DNA of 36,183 nucleotides, taken from contig LQHI01000062.1 in the NCBI GenBank assembly GCA_001515185.1, positions 1 through 36,183 of the forward strand, written 5' to 3'. This stretch comes from Hadesarchaea archaeon DG-33 (GTDB lineage Archaea; Hadarchaeota; Hadarchaeia; Hadarchaeales; Hadarchaeaceae). Positions 1 to 8,163 of the stretch are shown piece after piece (the first letter of the stretch is position 1; every line of letters begins with the position of its first letter). The position numbers and the translations under genes were made by a program. A model generated the notes under the pieces. It was not told the DNA's origin and did no database searches. It was given only the letters and a program-made list of their open reading frames with translations.

Positions 1-799
1 TGTCAAAATCCACGCTTATAGGGAAGGGCCTCACGTGGATGGTGCGTCCTTTATATTTCACGTTAAGTGTCCCGTAATCGGGTTTAATCCCCATCACCTT
101 CTCAACGCTCGCCAAGAAGTTGACACAATAACTAGGAAGGTGAAAACCGATGAGGTCGTTCGCAAGCATGCCATCGAGTATCTCCTCCGCCCACGGTAGA
201 AGTGTGAAGGTGTCCCAAGTGGGCCAGGGGATATGCCAGAAGTGAGCAAGCACGAGCTTTTGTTTTTTCGGGGCTCCGTTCCTGACAATTTTTGGTGCTA
301 GCCCCAAGTGGTAGTCATGAAACCAAATGAAAGCCTTATCTATTCCCTTCGTCTCCTGCCTGATCGCCTCCGCATACAGCGTATTCGAGTGCTTGTAACC
401 GTTCCAGAATGATTTATCAAAAAATGGTTTTTGAAACACATTGTGGCAGAGAGGCCAAAGTGTCTGATTCGAAAAACCGAAGTAAAACTTGTCCACCTCG
501 TTCTTTGACATCCAGATTCTTTTAAGCACATATTTTGGGTTACCGGGGGGAACCCGGCACCGATTTTGTTTATCTACGTTTTTTCGATCAGCATCCCCAC
601 TACCACCTGCCACCCACGTTCCGCCAGTGGCCTGCATCAAGGGATCCAGGGCTGCCGTCAGACCTCCAGCGGGGGTCTTGACCTGTACCCCATCGGGCGT
701 GTGCATGTGAATGTATGGCTCGCGGTTAGAAACAATGAGGAATTTGTATCCCTTTAGTTTCGATTTTACAAGCTTCTGGACATCCTTCGCCGAGGCCAT
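1..799 (-). CDS. otsA: Trehalose-6-phosphate synthase (GT20, OtsA-like), N-terminal part; the 3' end runs off the window
   Basis: Manual minus-strand translation from ATG (CAT at 797-799) is open to position 1: MASAKDVQKLVKSKLKGYKFLIVSNREPY...GGLTAALDPLM...FYFGFSNQTLWPLCH...WFHDYHLGLAPK...FWHIPWP...NDLIGFH. These are classic GT20/OtsA motifs. It is absent from the ORF track because no stop lies in the window. Confidence 0.8.
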   Translation of the reverse strand, partial: MASAKDVQKLVKSKLKGYKFLIVSNREPYIHMHTPDGVQVKTPAGGLTAALDPLMQATGGTWVAGGSGDADRKNVDKQNRCRVPPGNPKYVLKRIWMSKNEVDKFYFGFSNQTLWPLCHNVFQKPFFDKSFWNGYKHSNTLYAEAIRQETKGIDKAFIWFHDYHLGLAPKIVRNGAPKKQKLVLAHFWHIPWPTWDTFTLLPWAEEILDGMLANDLIGFHLPSYCVNFLASVEKVMGIKPDYGTLNVKYKGRTIHVRPFPISVDFD

Positions 800-827
800 A
801 TAACCAAGAAAATAGTGGTGGCGATTT

Positions 828-1829
828 TTGATATTAATCGGGTTTATTGTGGCGGGGTATGCGCTGAGATTTGTGTTAAACGTTTACGTCACTAGGCTCA
901 CTAGAAAGACGAAAACCAAGATTGACGATATCATTCTCGATGCCATCAAAGTACCGATAGTTGCGATATTCTTAATCATGGGGATTAACTTTGCTCTTGA
1001 GCGCGCAACGTTTGTCCCTGCAGAGGTCATGCAATATCTTCCGACCATCAGCTACCTGTTGATACTCTTAATAGCAACGTGGTGCACCGCGAAGATTATA
1101 ACTGGGATATTGAAGTACTACGGCACAGTGCGTCCCAGCGTGAGGACGCTCGTGCCAACGCTTCAGAAAATCATGAAAATCCTCATCTTTTTTGTAGCAT
1201 TCATCCTGATACTCGATGCACTTGGTATCCAAGTGACCGCGTTGGTCGCTGCCTTTGGGATAGGGGGCCTCGCAGTTGCATTCGCCCTCCAAGGGACGTT
1301 GTCCGAGTTCTTCGCCGGCGTTTACATTATGTCCGACCGACCCGTGAGAGTAGGAGATTATATCGAGCTAGACTCAGGTCAAAAAGGCTATGTGGAAGAC
1401 ATCGGCTGGCGTAGCACGAAAGTACGCGAACTTCCTAACAACATAATTGTAGTGCCGAACTCGAAAATGGCGGGAGCAATCGTCACCAATTACTACTTGC
1501 CCGAGCCACAGATGGCCTGCTTGGTCCAGGTTGGGGTAGCCTACGACAGCGACCTTGAGAAGGTTGAAAGAGTAACCATCGATGTAGGCAAAAAAGTGTT
1601 GAAAAAAGTGACTGGGGGGATACCTGAGTTCGAGCCCTTCATTCGTTATCACACCTTCAGCGACTTCAGCATAAACTTCACCGTCATCCTGAGGGTCAAA
1701 GAATTCGTGGACAAGTACCTGATCACCCACGAGTTTGTAAAAGAGCTGCACAAGCGCTACAAGAAGGAGGGCATCACAATCCCGTTCCCGATCCGCACGA
1801 TCTTAATGCCCAAGAGACGAGCTTCCTAG
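828..1829 (+). CDS. Small-conductance mechanosensitive channel (MscS family)
   Basis: Has N-terminal TM helices, then the pore-helix/beta-domain signature GIGGLAVAFALQGTLSEFFAGVYIMSDRPVRVGDYIEL...GYVEDIGWRSTKVR. TTG start; in-frame stops at 801 and 813 exclude a longer N-terminus. Confidence 0.85.
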   Translation: MILIGFIVAGYALRFVLNVYVTRLTRKTKTKIDDIILDAIKVPIVAIFLIMGINFALERATFVPAEVMQYLPTISYLLILLIATWCTAKIITGILKYYGTVRPSVRTLVPTLQKIMKILIFFVAFILILDALGIQVTALVAAFGIGGLAVAFALQGTLSEFFAGVYIMSDRPVRVGDYIELDSGQKGYVEDIGWRSTKVRELPNNIIVVPNSKMAGAIVTNYYLPEPQMACLVQVGVAYDSDLEKVERVTIDVGKKVLKKVTGGIPEFEPFIRYHTFSDFSINFTVILRVKEFVDKYLITHEFVKELHKRYKKEGITIPFPIRTILMPKRRAS

Positions 1830-1881
1830 CCTCTCGTTTATTTAATACAACGCGACAAACGATTATCGAAAGTGATACTCT

Positions 1882-3279
1882 ATGGTGCTCGATAGACTTG
1901 GGAGGACCCTGCATAGCGCCCTCCGGAAGCTGACACGCACGGCCCATGTCGACGAGCGGGTGGTCAAGGAGTTAGTGCGGGATATCCAGCGCGCTCTGCT
2001 ACAGGCGGATGTCAATGTAGAACTCGTGCTGGAGATGACGAAGCGGATAGAAAAGCGGGCACTCGAGGAGAAGATCCCCCCTGGCATGGCACGCAAAGAG
2101 CACATCATCAAGATTGTATACGAAGAACTTTCCACGCTCATGGGGCGTCCAGCCCAACTACAGCTCAAGCCCGGAGAATTCACGATACTGCTGATGGTCG
2201 GCCTTCAAGGAAGTGGGAAGACGACCTCGGTGGCGAAGCTAGCATCTCACTTCAAGAAACGGGGCTTCAAGGTTGGCATTGTCTGCGCAGATACCTTCCG
2301 CCCAGGTGCGTACGAACAGCTCAGCCAACTTGGTCAACAGGTCGACACAAGATTTTTCGGCGACCCCAAAGCCAAGGATTCGATCAAGCTTGCAAAGAAA
2401 GGCGTCGAGCAGTTCAAAAAAGAGCATCTTGAATTAATCGTCGTTGACACGGCCGGCAGGCATCGCAAAGAGGAAGCCCTGATGGAAGAAATGCGCCAAA
2501 TCGCCAAATCAATAGGGCCTGACGAAATCATGCTCGTCGTGGATGGGACGATAGGGCAACAGGCGAAAGAGCAGGCTGCAGCATTCAAAACCGCAACGGA
2601 CATAGGCTCGATTTTGATTACCAAACTGGATGGCACCGCAAAAGGTGGGGGGGCACTCTCGGCGGTTGCGGCCACTGATGCTCCGATAAAGTTCATAGGT
2701 GTCGGTGAACACCTAGATGACCTCGAACCTTTTGTGCCCGAGCGCTTCGTGGCTCGCCTGCTCGGGATGGGCGACATTGAAACATTGCTGAAGCGGATTG
2801 AGGAGACCGCAAGGGCCGAAGAGGTGAAGCCCGCCGATATGAAAGCAATCCTCGCGGGCAAGCTCACCTTGCAAGACGTTTACAGCCAGCTCGAGATGAT
2901 GGGCAAAATGGGCCCCTTCAAGAAGCTTATGCAGATGATCCCGGGGCTAGGAGTAACCATACCTGAAGAACAGATGCGTGTGGGAGAGGAGAAACTAAAG
3001 CGTTTTAAGGTGATCATGCAGTCAATGACTCCTGAGGAACTCGAAAACCCGAAGTTACTCAACGCCTCACGGATTCGCCGAATAGCCCGAGGCTCGGGTA
3101 CGAGCGAGACAGATGTTAAAGAATTACTAAAACAATATGAATTCATGAAAAAAATGATTAAAAAGATGATAAAAGGGCGGGGCCCAAAATTCGGCCCGTT
3201 TGCGAAGCTCATGAAACAATTGCCGAAGGGAATATCTAATAATGTCGAAACAAAGGGGGCTAGCGGAAAAAGTTCTTAA
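1882..3279 (+). CDS. srp54: Signal recognition particle protein SRP54
   Basis: Carries the SRP GTPase motifs GLQGSGKTTSVAKLA, DTAGR and TKLDGTAKGGGALS, plus a Met-rich M domain (MMGKMGPFKKLMQMIPG). Confidence 0.95.
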   Translation: MVLDRLGRTLHSALRKLTRTAHVDERVVKELVRDIQRALLQADVNVELVLEMTKRIEKRALEEKIPPGMARKEHIIKIVYEELSTLMGRPAQLQLKPGEFTILLMVGLQGSGKTTSVAKLASHFKKRGFKVGIVCADTFRPGAYEQLSQLGQQVDTRFFGDPKAKDSIKLAKKGVEQFKKEHLELIVVDTAGRHRKEEALMEEMRQIAKSIGPDEIMLVVDGTIGQQAKEQAAAFKTATDIGSILITKLDGTAKGGGALSAVAATDAPIKFIGVGEHLDDLEPFVPERFVARLLGMGDIETLLKRIEETARAEEVKPADMKAILAGKLTLQDVYSQLEMMGKMGPFKKLMQMIPGLGVTIPEEQMRVGEEKLKRFKVIMQSMTPEELENPKLLNASRIRRIARGSGTSETDVKELLKQYEFMKKMIKKMIKGRGPKFGPFAKLMKQLPKGISNNVETKGASGKSS

Positions 3280-3332
3280 GCGAGGGCGTGTAGTTAGATT
3301 TGTTGGGAGAGCCTATTACTTAGGGTGTTACC

Positions 3333-3632
3333 ATGGCTAAAAGATCGAAAGGTTATCGAAGCAAAAGCAGAAGAAAGCTCACCAAACATGTCCGTGAGCG
3401 CGGACTTTCGCCCGTGAGCCGAGTGATACAAGAGCTTGGGCCTGGCAAGAAGGTTGCTATCATCCTTGACCCAAGCGTCGCGAAGGGGCAACCCCACCCA
3501 CGGTACCATGGCAGGACTGGGGTTATTCAGGAACGTTGTGGACGAGCTTACGTGGTCGAAATCAAGGATGGGGGGTCCATCAAAAAGGTTATTTCCCGCC
3601 CAGAACACCTTAGAACGGTGGGGGCAAGATGA
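3333..3632 (+). CDS. rpl21e: 50S ribosomal protein L21e
   Basis: MAKRSKGYRSKSR...HPRYHGRTGVI...VVEIKDGG.KKVI.RPEHL is the typical eL21 pattern. It sits in the conserved archaeal position upstream of rpoF. Confidence 0.9.
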   Translation: MAKRSKGYRSKSRRKLTKHVRERGLSPVSRVIQELGPGKKVAIILDPSVAKGQPHPRYHGRTGVIQERCGRAYVVEIKDGGSIKKVISRPEHLRTVGAR

Positions 3633-3967
3633 TAGGAAAGGAGGTAACGGGTGAAAAACCCGTGCCATTGACTAAAGTGCTTGAAATCCTCGAAAAACAG
3701 AAAAAGCAGGGAGAGCTAGAGTACGGACAACGGCTCACCTACGATTATGCACAAAAATTTGCGAAGTTAGATGTCAAAAAAACAGAGGAACTGATCGGTG
3801 AGTTGCTCAAGCTCGAGAAGATAAGGGAACACCAAGCAATTGCACTCGTTGATCTGATGCCCGAAAGAAAAGAGGATGTGGAACTCATTTTCGCAAAAGA
3901 ACGAACGAGGCTTGAAGGAGAAGACATCAAGAAAATTTTAGAGATAATAAACAAGTACAGGAAGTAG
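3629..3967 (+). CDS. rpoF: DNA-directed RNA polymerase subunit F (Rpo4/RpoF)
   Basis: The pattern FAKL...ELI.EL...LVDLMPE...DVELIFAKE...I.KIL.IINKY matches archaeal RpoF. Its start overlaps the rpl21e stop by ATGA, and it lies in the conserved L21e-RpoF-DUF655 synteny. Confidence 0.85.
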   Translation: MIGKEVTGEKPVPLTKVLEILEKQKKQGELEYGQRLTYDYAQKFAKLDVKKTEELIGELLKLEKIREHQAIALVDLMPERKEDVELIFAKERTRLEGEDIKKILEIINKYRK

Positions 3968-3988
3968 TTCCCAGCTAATTGGAGGCAC

Positions 3989-4591
3989 GTGTTCTTGGTC
4001 GATAAGAAATATGAAGACCGGGGCATAGTAGTGGATTTCCTGCCTGATGGGAACCCGGGCGATCCTAGACCAATTCATCTGCGTGAGCCCATAGCTCAGA
4101 TTCTTGGCGACACGTTTTTCACCCTGCTTGAAATCGTCCCCATAACAGGAGTAACATTTACCCCTCACGAACGCGTTTTTATAGGCAAGGGCGGGCGAGA
4201 CAAAGTCGAACGAATCAAACGCCGCGTGGGTTACGAGGAGCTCACAGCTGCGGCAAAAGCAGAGCTGCCGGTCGCCATAGAGGGACTGATCAACGATGCC
4301 CCAGAACGATTCATAGAGTTCTTCAATCGCGCCGCGCCTCTGACCACGCGCTTCCACCAACTCGAACTCATCCCGGGGATAGGGAAGAAACTTATGTGGG
4401 CGGTCATCGAAGAGCGGAAGAAGGGCCTCTTCGCGGACTTCGAAGATTTAAATAAAAGGGTAAAGGGGTTGACCAACCCGAAAGGCCTGATTGCGAAACG
4501 GATAATCATGGAGTTAGAGGGCTCCGACAAATACCGCGTCTTCGTGCGCCCACCATCTAGAAGGGCTTCCGTCGAGGGCGAGGCACCTTAG
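3989..4591 (+). CDS. DUF655/COG1491 predicted nucleic-acid-binding protein (OB fold plus HhH)
   Basis: YEDRGIVVDFLPDGNP...PIAQILGDTFFTLLE...RFIEFFN.A.PLTTRFHQLELIPGIGKKLMW.VIEER matches the DUF655 consensus as I remember it. Conserved neighbour of rpoF in archaea. GTG start. Confidence 0.8.
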   Translation: MFLVDKKYEDRGIVVDFLPDGNPGDPRPIHLREPIAQILGDTFFTLLEIVPITGVTFTPHERVFIGKGGRDKVERIKRRVGYEELTAAAKAELPVAIEGLINDAPERFIEFFNRAAPLTTRFHQLELIPGIGKKLMWAVIEERKKGLFADFEDLNKRVKGLTNPKGLIAKRIIMELEGSDKYRVFVRPPSRRASVEGEAP

Positions 4592-5960
4592 CTATCAGGT
4601 AGCTAACGAATGCTATCACCGGAATTATCTCGAGGCGTCCGACTAGCATTTGAACTGTCATGCTTATCTTCCCTGCCAGGGGCATCGCTGCTGAAGTTAT
4701 CCCCACAGATAAGCCAACGTTCCCTTGAGCTGAGGCCGACTCAAATACCGAATTAATGGCTGGGTTGCCCACTGCCATCAGCACTATTGCACCGCTTATC
4801 AGCACGATAATGTAGAGAAATGCGTAAATGGCGGTTTCCATCATCTCCTGTTCGCTGTAAATCCTACCCGATATTTTCATCGGCACAACTGCCCGCTCGG
4901 GGAGAAAGCTTCGCTTAATCATCCAGTGGACAGCCTTAACGATAATCACGGTTCGGATGAGCTTGATCGCACTCGAGGTTGAACCATACCCGCCACCTAC
5001 AACCATGAGGATTGTGAGCAGGCCCTTCTGGGGATCCCCCCACATTGAGAGGGTGGCCGTGGAGAAGCCCGTTCCCGTCAGGGCAGAGGAAGATTGAAAT
5101 AGCGCGTCCTGTAACCCCACGCTCCACACAAGCAAAAGCGTAGCCAGCGCTATCAGCGCGAGCATCAGCCGAACCTCGATGTTTTGGAAGAGTTCCCGCC
5201 AGTGCCCTGACATGACCCTTCGGTGGATTGCGAAGCTGACTGCACCAGCCATCATTATCAAAATTGTAACTGCAAGCACCGGGGAGCCGTATTCAGCGAA
5301 ACTCGCATTACGTACGCTGAATCCGCCGGTGGCGATTCCCGTCATCGAGTGGTTAACTGCCTCAAACAGCGACATGTTGGGTGCCCCTGTGAAGTACAAC
5401 CCGACGATGCCGAGAAGCGTGAGCAACAAATATATTTTCCATAGAGAACGAGCAGTTTCCCGAATGCTTGGCTCGATACGATCGGCTCGCGCCTCAGCAA
5501 CGTACATTTTCCGAGCTGCTTTCCCCGCACCGATGAGGGCTGCTAAGAAGAGAACAATCACACCCATGCCACCCACCCACTCGGTCAGGCTACGCCAGAA
5601 AAGGATGGTGGGTGAAACTGCTTCGACATTAGAAATCATTGTTAGTCCCGTGGCCGTGAAACCAGACATGCTCTCAAAGTAAGCGTCCTCTACTAGCATG
5701 TTGTTGCCGAAGATATAGGGTATCGAGCCGAATGCCGAGAAGATGATCCAACCTAAAGCGACAAGCACCATTGCCTTGCCTAAGGTTATATCAATAGGCT
5801 GAAAACGCCGCCTAAGGAAAAACCCTAGCACGAAGACGATGACCGCTGGGGCTATGAAATATGGGAGCAAGTGGGTTTCGTTGGTTAGAAACGCCACTGG
5901 AACCGGCGCCAACATCACCGCGCCTAGGGCGATCAGAATGAACCCTATGAAATGTAGCAT
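4557..5960 (-). CDS. trkH: TrkH/KtrB-family K+ (cation) transporter membrane subunit
   Basis: Polytopic membrane protein with repeated selectivity-filter-like motifs (SGFTATGLT, TGIATGGFS, SALTGTGFSTAT, SAQGNVGLSVG). GGAGG lies 8 nt upstream of the ATG. Confidence 0.85.
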   Translation of the reverse strand: MLHFIGFILIALGAVMLAPVPVAFLTNETHLLPYFIAPAVIVFVLGFFLRRRFQPIDITLGKAMVLVALGWIIFSAFGSIPYIFGNNMLVEDAYFESMSGFTATGLTMISNVEAVSPTILFWRSLTEWVGGMGVIVLFLAALIGAGKAARKMYVAEARADRIEPSIRETARSLWKIYLLLTLLGIVGLYFTGAPNMSLFEAVNHSMTGIATGGFSVRNASFAEYGSPVLAVTILIMMAGAVSFAIHRRVMSGHWRELFQNIEVRLMLALIALATLLLVWSVGLQDALFQSSSALTGTGFSTATLSMWGDPQKGLLTILMVVGGGYGSTSSAIKLIRTVIIVKAVHWMIKRSFLPERAVVPMKISGRIYSEQEMMETAIYAFLYIIVLISGAIVLMAVGNPAINSVFESASAQGNVGLSVGITSAAMPLAGKISMTVQMLVGRLEIIPVIAFVSYLIAKVPRPRRKPF

Positions 5961-5996
5961 CGTGCAACCTCCGACGGTATACCCTTGCCGAAAGTG

Positions 5997-6002
5997 TATA
6001 AA
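5997..6002 (-). promoter_or_regulatory. TATA-like box (TTTATA on the minus strand) upstream of trkH
   Basis: TTTATA is centred about 40 nt upstream of the ATG at 5960. This leaves a short leader containing GGAGG. Confidence 0.35.
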
Positions 6003-6142
6003 GGATTTGCTAAGTTAAGACCTAAACTGTAGGTTTGAACTTGAAACTCATGCTTAATTTTGGTAGGTGCAGGAAACCCGACGCACTACGCACGAAATCC
6101 TCGAAAATCTCCAAATACAAAGAAACTTAAAAGCAGGTGAGA

Positions 6143-6484
6143 TTAGACATTTTCTCCAGAGAATTCCTGAAGTACCTCAACCAACGCAGTGTCGAAACCC
6201 TTTTCATCTTCGGGTCTAAACTTCCGTGAGAGCCTCTCCCGCACGCTTTTGACGAGTTCTACAACTTGTTCCTGTTTGTATTCCCCATTCACCACGCGGT
6301 TAATCACTGATAGCTCTCCTCCGGCCTCAAGGGCCGTAACCATGCCCCGCAGCGCCAGCAGGTAGCCTCGCCCGAACTCATCGTTGAAGTCAACTTTGCT
6401 CTTCATTTGCTCGAGCCATTCCTTAGCCTTTTTTGTATCCCTTTCCCTGAGGGTCTGTACGAAAGATTTCAGGTCCAATTCCAT
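6143..6484 (-). CDS. Hypothetical small helical protein
   Basis: 113-aa ORF with AGGTGG 4 nt upstream of the ATG and a charged, helical composition. I recognise no family. Confidence 0.45.
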   Translation of the reverse strand: MELDLKSFVQTLRERDTKKAKEWLEQMKSKVDFNDEFGRGYLLALRGMVTALEAGGELSVINRVVNGEYKQEQVVELVKSVRERLSRKFRPEDEKGFDTALVEVLQEFSGENV

Positions 6485-6550
6485 GTGACCACCTAGATTT
6501 TAACCAAAAGTTAAGAAACCCCTGAGGCTATAACGGTTTCCGACACAGCA

Positions 6551-6572
6551 CAAAAACTCATCGTGAAAAAAG
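6551..6572 (-). terminator. T-tracts (CTTTTTTC ... GTTTTTG on the minus strand) downstream of the UPF0147 gene
   Basis: Two oligo-T runs on the transcribed strand follow a hairpin (GCCACGAG..CUCGUGUGGC at about 6599-6622). Archaeal termination typically uses oligo-T. Confidence 0.3.
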
Positions 6573-6657
6573 CGCGGGCTGATAACCATTAAGCATATGC
6601 CACACGAGGCATTTCTCGTGGCAGAGGCTGTCGAGAGTGCTGCAAGAGTGGCTTACC

Positions 6658-6945
6658 TCACTCGCGGATTGTTTCCAAAACGCTGAGGGCACTCCATATC
6701 GTCGTTCGGGTGTGGATGGGCATATTCGGGTCATTACTTATCTCGTCAAGTATCATTGTCGCAGAAGAAGCCTTGAGCACTGAATCGCCCTCCTTTTTCA
6801 ACAGGGCATTCTTAGCTTCGTTTGCAGCTCTTCGAATGTTACGGGGGACTGAAGTGTCCTCTGCCACGCGCGCCATAATTTCCGCCACCTGCCTTAGCTT
6901 GACCTCTGAGGACACGATTATCACCCGTTCGCATATCCAATCCAC
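6658..6945 (-). CDS. UPF0147 family protein (conserved small archaeal protein)
   Basis: Motifs DTSVPRNIRRAANEA and DPNMPIHTRTTIW are the hallmark repeats of UPF0147 proteins. The true start may be an internal Met. Confidence 0.7.
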   Translation of the reverse strand: MDWICERVIIVSSEVKLRQVAEIMARVAEDTSVPRNIRRAANEAKNALLKKEGDSVLKASSATMILDEISNDPNMPIHTRTTIWSALSVLETIRE

Positions 6946-6986
6946 TTAATTTTAAGGAGGGGGCCTCATAAAGAGTTTGGGGTCAA

Positions 6987-7313
6987 ATGCAAGACGAAAG
7001 GATAGCTAAAATGACGGAAATGCTCCTCGGCGGGGGGAAAATGCTTTCGGTGCACTGCGGCACCTGCAAGGGGCCCCTCTTCGAGTTTAAGGGGAAAGTT
7101 ATCTGCCCAGTCTGTGGCGAGAGAACCGAAGCCGCGAAAGCTGAAGCTAAGCCCAAAGCTGCTCCCACCGAGAAAGTTGAAGGCATCCTAAGTGCCAAGC
7201 TAAATGTGCTCGCTACTCAGCTCGAAAAGGAAACTGACCACGTCAAGACCTTAGAACTGCTCGATCGTATTAAATCTATCCTTGAAGTACTCGAAAAGTT
7301 GAAGGAGAGGTGA
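6987..7313 (+). CDS. UPF0148 / autoantigen-p27-like zinc-ribbon protein
   Basis: MTEMLLGGGKMLSVHCGTCKGPLFEFKGKVICPVCG is a CxxC...CxxC zinc ribbon of the UPF0148 type, followed by a coiled-coil tail. Confidence 0.7.
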   Translation: MQDERIAKMTEMLLGGGKMLSVHCGTCKGPLFEFKGKVICPVCGERTEAAKAEAKPKAAPTEKVEGILSAKLNVLATQLEKETDHVKTLELLDRIKSILEVLEKLKER

Positions 7314-7317
7314 AAAC

Positions 7318-7554
7318 TTGCGAAAGGATGAAATTCTCACGGCGTTAAGAGAGGCCGGAGTCGCGCTCACCATCGAGGAGCTCTCTCAGCAAACTGGGAT
7401 CGACATCGCCCACCTACGGGTCGATCTCTTCAGACTGGCTGAGGAGGGAAAGGTCGAGCGCCGACAGCGGGAAAACAAGCCCACTTGGACGATAAAGGTG
7501 AGTACAGCCCTAGATCGGCGCTACGAGAAGCTCTCTAAAAAATATGTTCCGTGA
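7318..7554 (+). CDS. Small winged-helix DNA-binding protein
   Basis: The 78-aa sequence ILTALREAGVALTIEELSQQTGIDIAHLRVDLFRLAEEGKVER has the MarR/ArsR-like HTH-plus-wing pattern. TTG start; overlaps the next gene by 4 nt. Confidence 0.5.
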   Translation: MRKDEILTALREAGVALTIEELSQQTGIDIAHLRVDLFRLAEEGKVERRQRENKPTWTIKVSTALDRRYEKLSKKYVP

Positions 7555-8159
7555 TCTGGTTGCTCTGGCTCGACCTCGCTAAAATCCTCCTGGCCGGTGT
7601 CGTGCTTGGCCTCGTAGTCGGTAAGCTCGTTGTGTTGAGGCCCTCCTACCTCGAGCGAATACGTCCACGCTATTGGCTACCCATCGCGCGCCGAATGCGA
7701 AGGCGGGAGTCGATTAGGCTTATCTCAATTGCACTTGCATTTACCGCTGCGGCGCTCGTCGTGGCGACCATAGTGGGGAATCTCCTTTATGGGGCTGGGG
7801 TGGAGCTGTACTCGAGGGATGAGTACCCCTTCACGGCGCTCCAAGAACAGTATCCGTTGCTGTTGCTCGTGATGGTTAACTTGCTGCCGATTTTTGAGGA
7901 GTGGATATTCAGGGGGATTCTACTCGAGGAAGTGGCACGGCGGACTCGCTCGAAATGGATCGGGGTGATGGTCTCGGCCCTCATCTTCGCCGCGTTTCAC
8001 CTCTCAAATCCTGGTACTTATCCCGCGTTCGCGATACCTTTGCTCGGGGCGGGGCTCCTGCTCGGGACCTGTTATCTGGTAAGTGGACTGGCTGGAGCGA
8101 TTATAGCCCACAACGCTTACAATTCAATTTTAGTGGTTCTCTGGGCCATAGGTGTATGA
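7551..8159 (+). CDS. CPBP (CAAX/Abi) family intramembrane metalloprotease
   Basis: Carries the signature motifs EEWIFRGILLEE, FAAFHL and HNAYN in a multi-TM protein. Confidence 0.8.
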   Translation: MIWLLWLDLAKILLAGVVLGLVVGKLVVLRPSYLERIRPRYWLPIARRMRRRESIRLISIALAFTAAALVVATIVGNLLYGAGVELYSRDEYPFTALQEQYPLLLLVMVNLLPIFEEWIFRGILLEEVARRTRSKWIGVMVSALIFAAFHLSNPGTYPAFAIPLLGAGLLLGTCYLVSGLAGAIIAHNAYNSILVVLWAIGV

Positions 8160-8163
8160 ACTT

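Noticed and set aside
94-757. Four short track ORFs at the left edge (94-288, 340-531, 489-710, 566-757).
   Set aside because: All are out of frame with, or antisense to, the open minus-strand frame that encodes unmistakable OtsA/GT20 motifs from 799 to the window edge.
2334-2867. 177-aa minus-strand ORF inside srp54, with smaller ones at 1863-2183 and 2880-3212.
   Set aside because: Antisense to a gene with perfect SRP54 motifs. Ser/Ala/Pro/Arg-rich low-complexity translation is typical of antisense frames.
5179-5682. 167-aa plus-strand ORF inside trkH.
   Set aside because: Antisense to TrkH, with no motifs. A shadow ORF.
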